Assembly: GCA_951406725.2 (NCBI GenBank)
Contig: OX597815.1
Span: 44,826,001 to 44,890,000, forward strand
Source: Octopus vulgaris
Lineage: Eukaryota
Length of the DNA: 64,000 nt
Direction: 5' to 3'
Shown: positions 53,747-64,000 of the stretch, piece by piece
Position numbering within the stretch: the stretch's first letter is position 1
How the letters are laid out: each line of letters starts with the position of its first letter
The notes under the pieces: model-generated
Seen by the model: the letters and a program-made list of their open reading frames with translations, nothing else
Databases searched by the model: none
Told to the model about the DNA's origin: nothing
Translations under genes and position numbers: made by a program

Positions 53747-54003
53747 GTAAAGTATAAAAGCCATCTCAATATGGCTAACCACAAAGGGTGGGTGTGTTAC
53801 TGTAGGTTTTTAGCCCCAGGAGATCATCGTCTCCAGCTGGCTTTAGACACACTTTCTTAAAGCCAGCTGGAGACGATGATCTCCTGGGGCTAAAAAGCTA
53901 CAGTAACCCCACCCCCTTTGTGATTAGCCATATTGAGATGGCTTTTATACTTTACATTGTCGAGCGGTTACTGTTTACATCTCGTTCTGAGATTTAATAA
54001 TGC
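53747..54003 (+). mobile_element. Fold-back retroposed insertion in the left Tc1 TIR, 15-bp TSD
   Basis: Arms 53747-53845 and 53858-53957; tail 53958-54003. TSD TTATAAAAGTTCTAT at 53732-53746 and 54004-54018, present only once in the right TIR. Confidence 0.9.
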
Positions 54004-54367
54004 TTATAAAAGTTCTATTTCTTACAAAATATTTTGTTACTAACACCATAAAAATTGTTTTTATCCTTTCCACCTTATGCAGAATTTATTTCTCTGTCGA
54101 ATGATGCAGACAATAACTATTTTTATATAACTTGAAGAATTTTAATGCTAAATTAATATAAACGTTTCAAATTTACCGGCAAAATTAGTTTAAGACCATG
54201 TAATATGTATGCAAATATTTTTGCCAAAATGGGTGGTCGCACAACTAGCTTAACAGCACTATATAGTGTTATAATTTAATGTTATTATACAATTGATTAC
54301 ACTTTTTCGAGATCAGTAACGTAAAGTTACAATTGATTAATTATGGGAAAGTTATAATTGATTAATT

Positions 54368-55373
54368 ATGGGAAAACTACGTAGCCTCAGTCCAGTCACG
54401 AGAGCAAAAATCGCATTACTCCGCCAGCAAAAAGTTTCCTTTTCGAACATCAGCAAGCAACTAAAGTGCATTAAAATGACTTGCGTACACGCGTGGAAGT
54501 TATACTCGGAGACTGGTCAATATAAGATCGGCAAAGGACTAGCGCCCCAAGAAAAAAGACGGCGCAGTTGGACCGTCGAATTCACCGACTTTCGGAAGGC
54601 AAACGAATGCTGACAGCCGTTGACATTTGTAAACAATTGTCCACTGATAATGGTGTTATTTTTACACCACAAACCGTCCGCAACCGTTTGAGAATCGTTA
54701 GGAAAAAGCCAATAATATCCGAAAGAAGTCGACTCAAACGCCTTAATTTCGCAAAAAGCCATGCTCAATGGACTGCCGAAGATTGGTGCAGGGTCCTTTA
54801 GAGTGACGAGTCACGCTTCTGTATATTTGGATCAGATGGTAAAACATACGTCAGATGTCGACCAACAGAGGAATTCCATCCGAAATACTTGAAAAAGACG
54901 GCGCAAGCGGGTGGTAGGGGTGTAATAGTGTGGGCGGCATTTAGTAGCTTTGGTGTTGGCCCTCTAGTTAAAGTTGATGGAAAGCTAAATAATGTAGCTA
55001 AATAATGAATCTAGTAAAGGATAATGCTGTGCCATATTTGTCACACCAAATGCCTCCGGCGGCTATTTATCAGCAGGACAATAGTCCTGTACACAAAGCC
55101 AAAAAGGTTATGGAATTTTTTGATCACCATGATATTGACGTAATCAAATGGCCTCCCCAGAGGCCGGACCTGAATCCGATCGAGAACTTGTGGAATTATG
55201 TTTCCAAAAGAGCCCATGCTAAAAAAAACCCACCTAATCCAAAACAATTATCCGATTATATTAATGAAATATGGCAAAACATTCTTATAGAATTTTGTAA
55301 TCACTTAGCGAATTGAATACCAAGGCGTTGTTCAGTCGTTATTAAGAATAAAGGCTACGGCACAAAGTCTTAA
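54368..55373 (+). pseudogene. Tc1 (DD34E) transposase pseudogene
   Basis: 'MGK..HTH..RLKRLNFAKSHAQWTAEDW..SDES..QQDNSPVH..WPPQRPDLNPIENLW'; frameshifts and stop codons. Confidence 0.95.
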
Positions 55374-56622
55374 TATGTATTTCGGTCTTGTTGCCCATTT
55401 TTGCTACAATCTTAAACTTTAAATAAAATTATAATGATACGGTCTTAAACTAATTTTGCCGGTAAATTTGAAACGTTTATATTAATTTAGCATTAGAATT
55501 CTTCAAGTTGTATAAAAATAGTTATTGTTTGCATCATTCGAAAGAGAAATAAATTCTGCATAAGGTGTAAAAGATAGAGATAATTTGTATAGTGTTAGTA
55601 ACAAAATATTTTGTAAGAAATAGAACTTTTATCATCGGTCGTAAATTATTTTCGCCAGTGTATATGTATATTGTTAAAGCAATATATCCTTCTAGAGATC
55701 GCATATTCACAGACTGATTTGAAAATGATGGATTCCACAAATTACACAGCATGCAGTTCTGTAACTATCACACAGACATTTGTTTTTTAAACAACGCGTA
55801 TACCACACAGGAGATGTCGCATGGTCGATATATCGATTTAACGGTATTTGATTTTGCTTTTCTTTTCACAACACCTGAGTTCTTTTTTAATTTCTTTCAT
55901 AAGACAACTACTGAAATGTATAAATAGCGTAATATATAGTTTAGCTTGAATCAGTCACAGAAGAGATACGAATGCAGAAGGTGGGTAATGGTAATTCGAC
56001 ATGTCTGTAAATGATTTTAGACACCCTCTGAGCTGTCAGAAGTTATCTACTGATTATGTACTGAAGTACTTGGCTTGTTGAGAGAGGGAAGTATCTTAAA
56101 TATATTCACCATCCAACCGCCTCATAGTTAATTGTAATGATATTTGACGTATGAATGAATATCAATGGAAGCATAAATATTTTGCTACAATTTCATGGAT
56201 CTTCAATCATCCTAACATTCTTTAAGACTACTTGTATGTGCTTATCACAGTATGTAAGTCAGGAAATACATTGAATACATACGTGATGTCATGTCATTAT
56301 GTTTATGAGTGTATGGCTTTTCAGTGATGAAGTACACTGACACACATCATAGGCACACACACTCACTCAGCAAAGAGCATGCGAACACACACACTCATAC
56401 ATAAACAAACGACACACGTACATTCATGCACCTACACACGCAAATTCACTCCCTCACTTCTCATATATATACGTATGTGTCTGTGTTTGTGTTCTAGTGT
56501 GCGCGTGTGTATTGTTGACGTCATATGAATTTAGAAACTTCGAGGGAAGGGGAAATAAATCTTTTGTTTCTCGAACGGTGAAACTCGAAGTAGATAAAGC
56601 TATAAGTAAGCGCGTATAAATA

Positions 56623-56696
56623 TTGGGTTAAAAACATCATAGGCTAAAAAAAAGTCGAAAGTTCCACTTTTTCAACTCGGAGGGGTTTTGACCCAA
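56623..56696. mobile_element. Tiny mariner-like MITE
   Basis: TA|TTGGGTTAAAA ... TTTTGACCCAA|TA. Confidence 0.5.
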
Positions 56697-56802
56697 TATT
56701 TAAACGCTATTATTTATAGCTTTATCTGCTTCAAGTTTCATCGATCCCCATTCACAAAAAAGCAGAATGCTATGCGCGCATGCATGTGTGTGTGTGCGCG
56801 CA

Positions 56803-56869
<67 letters not shown>

Positions 56870-57573
56870 TTGTGTGTGTGCATGTGTGTGATTGGAGACG
56901 CATAGCTGAGAGGGGCTATGCGTTGTGTTCTTGAACAAAATACTTCATTTCACGTAGCTCCAGTTCACTCAACTATAAATTGGGAAACCCTTCGATGGGC
57001 TGGCCATTCCGTTCAGGAGGAATGTTGGCCTGCCCGCCAAGTCAGCCAGGTGGCTTCATGCGAAAAGTACAACAATGCGTAGAAGCACATTATGACCCGA
57101 AGTGTATAACAACCCTCGTGCAATATAATGGATTGAAAATCAAAGAACAATTTGGAATAAACAGAACAAGAGGATACACGTGGGGTGAACAGTCGCTGAA
57201 GAGGTCACAGGGTGTGTGATGAAAGAACCTGACAAAGAAACTAAAAAGTATCTTTTAACTTGTTCCTTTTATTTGTTTCAGTCATCGCATTGAGGCCTTG
57301 CTGGGTCACTGCCTTGCAGGGTTTTAGTCGAACAAATTCGACCCCAGTACTTATTTTTAAGTCTGGTGCTTATTTTATTACTCCCTTTTGCCGAACCGAT
57401 TGATTACAGTGACATAAACAAACGAATGCCGGTTGTCAAGTGCGATCTTGCGATTATGAGTGCAACATCCTAACCACGAAGTTGCGTCCTTCGAGTGCGC
57501 CCAAACATACACACACACACAGACGCACACATATACACACACACATATATATATATATACAGACAGACAGGTG

Positions 57574-57673
<100 letters not shown>

Positions 57674-58245
57674 TTCAGCTCGCCAAAAGAGAAGGATGTA
57701 CGACAGTAAAGAAATTGAATAAGACCAAGCATTTTAAAGACAAGACCCACTGCCATCGGCAACATCTTTATTTTCTAAAATTTAGGTGAACTGATTTTAT
57801 TCGATTACCTCCCTTAATTATTCTTTGTTACTTTTAAATTTCTTAATGTTTTTCTTTTGCATTTTGTTTTTCAACTTACTGACATTTCCCACAACTGGAG
57901 TAACATTCAAATGCAATAAACTTAACAAAGAAATATCAAGAAAGAAAACAACAACAAAAAAAGAAAACCGACAAAAAAAACAAGAATGAAATTACTACAT
58001 AAATTCTTTCTACTATAGGCGCAGGGACTGAAGTGTTATGGGAAGAAACTAGACGACTGCATCAACCCATTGCTCATCTGGTACTTCTTTTATCGACCTA
58101 AAAATGATGAGCTGGAATAAATGCCGCTAAGTATTTTGTCTGTCGTGCTAACCATTCTGCCAGCTCGCTACCTTAAGCTACTATATAAGCTCATGATCAA
58201 GATAAGGAATTTTAACAATTGTTGCAAAGATTACTTAGACTTGCG

Positions 58246-58316
58246 GCTCTGGTAGTCAACTGGTTACGACACTGTGTTGTAGCCGACGTATCCCTGGTTC
58301 GAATCCAGTCCAACTT
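58246..58316 (+). pseudogene. tRNA-His-like pseudogene
   Basis: Resembles metazoan tRNA-His (TGGTTA..GTTGT(A)GCCG..GGTTCGAATCC). The acceptor and anticodon stems are broken; a T-run follows. Confidence 0.5.
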
Positions 58317-58407
58317 TTTTTTTGGTGGTGGGGACATCGTCCAATTCCTCCCACCAGAAAAGCCGGTAGTGAGACAATTAGACAGATTTGTTCAAATTTT
58401 TAGTATA

Positions 58408-58908
58408 CGAGAGTTACCCAAAAGTAACTGGAAATGTTCTTTGTGGGACAAGCCTGTTCTAGTTCGGGCTTCCACCGCTAGAAGGCACTTGATGTGACCG
58501 TCAGGCATCAGTCTGGCAACCGACGTCATCTGGTGCAATCATACTAATACGTGGTACGTCTTTGCTTTACAGTGTTTCTCCTTTGTTCGTCGATTTTTGC
58601 GATAGCTGTTTTCTGTTGGGGAAAACAGCGGTTGAAACAGTTGTCATGCTTCAAACAGCTTACAAGGACGCTGCCATGAGCAAAACACAAGTTTACGAAT
58701 GGTTTTCACGCTTTAGGAATGGTCACTTTGTCGCTTGAAGACCAACCACGTTCAGGGTGACCGAACGAATAAAAACATCACGAAAATTTATGAACTGATC
58801 TTGGAGGACCGTCACCGAACAGTTGACGAACTTTTTGATATTACTGATGTGTGAACGAATTTTGAGCGAGGAATTGGGAATGAAAAGAGCTGCAGCGAAA
58901 TTTGTGTC
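58408..58908 (+). mobile_element. Mariner 5' fragment
   Basis: TA|CGAGAG.. TIR start; 'LGKTAVETVVMLQTAY..SKTQVYEWFSRFRNG..LEDQPRSG..LGMKRAAAKFV'. Confidence 0.9.
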
Positions 58909-58924
58909 TACTCATATATATATA

Positions 58925-59712
58925 TATAATATAAATAATATATAAATATATGCATATATATATATACATATATGTACATACCTACATATATATGTATATA
59001 TACATGCATATATTGGTACAGGACATCAAAAGCACGTGGACTGAATGATAAACGAGAACATAAAAAACAAAAACATAGAAAACGAACTTTTTTTCGAACA
59101 ACAACAAAAAGCAGAGAAACGAGACATGCAACATGAAGAACATTCCCTTCATCAGTTTTATCTACTCCGCGGTCCGAAGGTAAGGACAAGATGCGATTTC
59201 GTTAAAACAGTCCTTCCCGCGAAGCAAATTAAATAAAATTTGGGAATTTTTGCGGAGGGTTATAGTGGTAACAAAAGCGGAACTGTGAGAACAAAGCAGT
59301 AAAACAAACGGTGAGGGATGTTAAACCAAGTCGGTGTGAAGTGGTGTACGCTAGGAAAAACGAACTTTGAGAAGAGACAGATAAAAGCACGTCTTCTCTA
59401 TAGGAAGGAAGTGGAAGAAAGAGAGAAGGCCGTTGGTCACCTGTGAGCAACCAAAGTCGAGGAGGAAGAGTGAGAGAGAAAGAGGGAACGGTGAAGGGGA
59501 GAGGAGAAGAATAGGGAAAGGGTGAGAGAGAAAAACAGAAAGGAAGAACAAGAGAGGGAGATAGATAAACTGAAAAGAGATAGAATAAGTGCGTATCGTA
59601 ATTATTAAGATAAAACTTACTTGGAAAATGATGTGTGGCGCTCGATCATATAATAATATATAAATATATGCATATATACATATATACATACATACATACA
59701 TACATACATACC

Positions 59713-59716
<4 letters not shown>
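58925..59716. mobile_element. Second copy of the ~790-bp repeat
   Basis: Colinear with 9405-10250. Confidence 0.8.
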
Positions 59717-59743
<27 letters not shown>

Positions 59744-59748
<5 letters not shown>

Positions 59749-60232
59749 CTGGGGCTAAAAGCAACAGTAACACCCCCACCACCCCGCCCTGTCCCTAGCC
59801 ACATTCAGATGGCTGATCCCCCTTACGTTGTCGAGCAGTTATTGTTTATATCTCGTTCAGAGATTTATTATTGTTTTCAGACGGTTTTTCTACATCAGTG
59901 ACGGTAGTTACTGTGAAAAACCTTATATATGTTGCCTGTAGAGGGAATCCTTCAGCGAAGAGCGGTGCTTACCATGCGTTGATAAGAGGCAATGACCTCG
60001 AAACCGGTCCGTATGTAGTATTCGTTTCTTCGAGGGAGGATGACCTGCCTTTGCAGGCAAACAAGGACACTGAGATGGTGTCAGCCCTTCTGGTGACGTT
60101 GATGATCGCCTGGGGCTAAAAGCAACAGTAACACCCCCACCACCCCGCCCTGTCCCTAGCCACATTCAGATGGCTGATCCCCCTTACGTTGTCGAGCAGT
60201 TACTGTTTATATCTCGTTCAGAGATTTATTAT
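59744..60232 (+). mobile_element. Retrozyme-like element: 361-nt monomer, about 1.35 tandem copies, in (TA)n
   Basis: 128-bp direct repeats at 59744-59871 and 60105-60232 (2 mismatches) flank an intact HHR. Confidence 0.88.
59973..60015 (+). ncRNA. Intact minimal type-I hammerhead ribozyme (U3-A8 core)
   Basis: CAUGCG-UUGAUAA-GAGG-caauga-CCUC-GAAA-CCGG-UC-CGUAUG: 6-bp stem I, 4-bp stem II, palindromic stem III ACCGGU, GUC site (predicted cut after 60009). Confidence 0.88.
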
Positions 60233-60344
60233 ATATATATATATATATATATATTAGAAGAAATGAGGTACTCAGAAATTTCGATGGTTTTTATATTTTC
60301 AGATATTTATTAGTATGTTGCATGTTTTTATAAATCATATATCA

Positions 60345-60385
60345 TATATTTGCGCTTTCGTCCACTCTAGTGGAGTTTTCAAATT
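60345..60385 (-). ncRNA. Degenerate hammerhead-like motif
   Basis: Reverse complement: UUGAAAA-CUCCAC-uaga-GUGGAC-GAAA-GCGC. The cleavage triplet and stem I are decayed. Confidence 0.4.
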
Positions 60386-60515
60386 GAACTAACTTTTGCT
60401 GGAATTTTGACTCTTTTATTTTGACTCTTTTATTATTTAGTGTGTTGGGGTGGGGAGAGATATAAAATAGTATAAGAGGGTGAGGAATGGGGAGAAAGTG
60501 AGAGAGAGAGAGAGA

Positions 60516-60570
<55 letters not shown>

Positions 60571-60920
60571 TGTGTGTGTGTGTGTGTCTATGTTTGAGTG
60601 TGTGTGTTTTTGCCTCTGAAAGGGGTGTTAAAGAAAAAGAAGGAAAGGAAGAAGGAGAGTAAGGAGAAAAGCATTTTTTGTGGATATCTTTGCAGCTGGT
60701 CAGTCTGTCAATTATAAGCGATTCTTGGCTTTTAGCAGTGGAAAATCCAGCTGTTCACTCCTGGGGGAGGGGGCAAAATGTCACTCTTCAAAAATGTCTG
60801 AATTTCCTTTTTATCATTGTCTTGTGAGAGAGAGTGTATGTGTGTGTTTTTGTATCTGAAAAGAGTGTTAGAAAAGAAGAGAAGGAAAAGAAGAAGAAGG
60901 AGAGAAAGAAGAAAAATTTG

Positions 60921-60984
<64 letters not shown>

Positions 60985-61039
60985 GTTGATATATATAAAA
61001 TTTGTTGATGTATATATATATATATATACGCGTATATCT

Positions 61040-61260
61040 GTGAATGCCTTTGTGTCTATTTCCCCATCAACGCTTAGCAACCCGTGTTGGTGTGTTTACG
61101 TCCCCGTAACTTAGTGGTTCGGCAAACAGACTGATAGAATAAGTACCAGACTTTAAAAATAATTACTTGGGTTGATTCATTCGACTAAAAGAAAAAGGCA
61201 GTGGCCCACCATGGCCGCAGTCTAATGGCTGAAACAAGTAAAAGATAAAGATAAAAGATA
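61040..61260 (+). mobile_element. 3' half of the major SINE family
   Basis: Colinear with 63150-63362. A minus-strand 5' half follows at about 61290-61416. Confidence 0.8.
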
Positions 61261-62894
61261 TATTTTAAGACGGGCTGACACACACTTTCCGGCTATCACT
61301 TTCACTTACAAAACATTGGTCGATCCGGGACTATTGAAGTCACCTGCCCAAGAAGCTATGCAATGAGACTGAATGTGAAACCAGGTGGTTGCGAAGCAAA
61401 CTTCTTACCCACACAGTCATATCAAGAAAAAAAAAAAGATTATTCTGTACAAATCATTACGTGAATTCAGACCACTACACTTAACCATTTCACTACCCAC
61501 AAGACTCATAAAAACAATCACCAAATGACTGCACCAGCAACAACAAAACACAAGTTCTTTGGGAGGAGGAATCCTTTTGTGGCTGCTATTTCTGTTAGAA
61601 ATAGCACTCAGTTGCATATAATGAAATTCTGATATACAAGAGAGAGCCATAACAGAAAGGCGATTAATCAAAACTGTTCAATCAGAGCTGATATGGGGTT
61701 TAAGACGAGTGTCGTCAACTGCAACAATAACAAAACTCATATGCATGTTTCTAAATAACTTCGATTTCATTTATGCATACAATATTCTTTCAATGGCCAA
61801 TTTAGACGAAACACAAAATGTTGGCGACAAACTACCGCTTGCGTCTTTCAGCTTAAACAACACACAGCATCGACTTATGTAGAATCGGCATTTTCTAGAA
61901 TTACCGACACCCCGGGACAAGCTAAATTTTGGCGTCGTCCCAATTCTGCTATTTTTAACTCAGACTATAAATTTGAAAGAAAGGGTATAGTCCTTCGTTT
62001 GTACATTATTTTATCGATCCAATAAGGATGAAAGGCAACGCCGACCCCCAGAGAAAACGACAACATACCAGCCACAACAAAAACAAACAGGAGTATCAGG
62101 TTGTGATTATAAATAAGCAAGGCAGTTAAATTCGCAACGATTTTTGACAGAACGAGAAAGATCATATACACAAAAAAAAAAATCCAACAAAACAAAGTGC
62201 TTATAAAAACAAAAGAAAATAGGAAAAAATTGTGAAAAGGCGTCGTATAAAACAACACAAATAAATGAATGTAATCCCTAAAAGAAAGGGAATGAAAAAG
62301 GGATGGAATATTATAACTGTAATAAGAAATGGGGTGTATAAATAAAATGGGTGAAGGACGAAGAAGTAAAATAGAAAACAAGGGAGATAACAACTGATCA
62401 CCGTATCTAGGAAATATTAGTTGGCTGCCGAAAACATTGGTTACAGAAAATGTAGACTGACGGGTCTCCCTTTAAGTTTGTTAATGGCGCCACTAAACAT
62501 TACCAAAATGAATAACTCATCAGCTTTCCTGAAGCTATGGCTCCTAGTTAAGGCGCGCGTGACGACTTCCTTTAGCGATAAGGTCGGCAGTCATCACAAG
62601 TAGTGACGCCACATTACTGCATAGACCAAGTCGTCTGGCTGACGACATGTTTTAAACCATAACAACATCTCTGTGGAAATTGACAAGAGAAATAGGTGAC
62701 AATTGTTTCTTTTAAATAAATAATTATTTTTATTAATTTACGCATTCACACGCACACACACCCATATATGCACATATGGATTATAAACACATATACACAT
62801 ACGGATTATAAATATACAATATATATATATATATAATGTACACACACAAATACAATTGCAGAGACATAAAAACATATACATACTGAATAGTTGT

Positions 62895-63496
<602 letters not shown>

Positions 63497-63846
63497 GCGT
63501 TTAGTTTTATAGCTGGGAGGGTAACTGCTCAATTGTATATGTATATGTGTTTGTATGTCTCTGTAATCATATTTAAGTGTATATTTAAGTCTATTCTTAG
63601 CTACAATAGCGACAACATGAATTTCTTCCATCTTGTTGCTCTGTTAAGAAAAATTATATTAATTTGTGCAGCTGCTGATAGCACTGCATTTAAATTGATG
63701 TAATGATTGCATTGTTCAATGCAATCCGGTTGATATCCGGTTGCTTATTTTGATTATGTGTGTGTGTGTGTGCATACATACATATATATATATGCGTATC
63801 TACATATTTGTATATATGTACACACACACCCACACATATGTGTAAA

Positions 63847-63926
<80 letters not shown>

Positions 63927-64000
63927 AAGAAAAATATGTAAAATAGTCTTAATGGTAAAAAGTCCAATTCCTTGGATGACGTTAAAAGATACCTTGATGA

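Larger units (their letters stand above)
53706..55660 (+). mobile_element. Full-length IR/DR-type Tc1 transposon (inactive)
   Basis: TA|CACTGGCGAAAATAATTT ... AAATTATTTTCGCCAGTG|TA. TIRs of about 220 bp, each with an outer and an inner direct repeat. Confidence 0.95.

Noticed and set aside
60036-60076. Second hammerhead or SECIS-like element in the 361-nt unit (GGAUGA-CCUGC..GCAGG-CAAAC)
   Set aside because: The core lacks CU and G12; the SECIS helix length and adenosine placement do not fit.

Overview
AT-rich eukaryotic non-coding DNA, very likely from an octopus (inferred from the SINE families and the compound TATG/TA/GATA/TAA microsatellites). I found no intact host protein-coding gene, and almost all ORFs in the track are microsatellite artefacts. 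The window is a mosaic of decayed transposable elements: Helitrons, Tc1/mariner/maT, a hAT MITE, Dong/R4, RTE and CR1/Jockey-type LINEs, Penelope-like (GIY-YIG) remnants and several tRNA-derived SINE families. The main unexpected signal is about a dozen type-I hammerhead ribozyme (HHR) motifs. Three belong to homologous but strongly diverged ~351-363-nt monomers found as partial tandems and/or inverted copies (18.35-18.92, 50.63-51.38 and 59.74-60.23 kb). They share an upstream motif and, in at least two families plus a fold-back relative at 53.75 kb, a covarying 3' RNA structure. Together they look like a retrozyme-like (putative circRNA-forming) non-autonomous retroelement group, possibly mobilised by Penelope-like elements. 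All alignments and pairings were read by eye; no database search or folding program was run.
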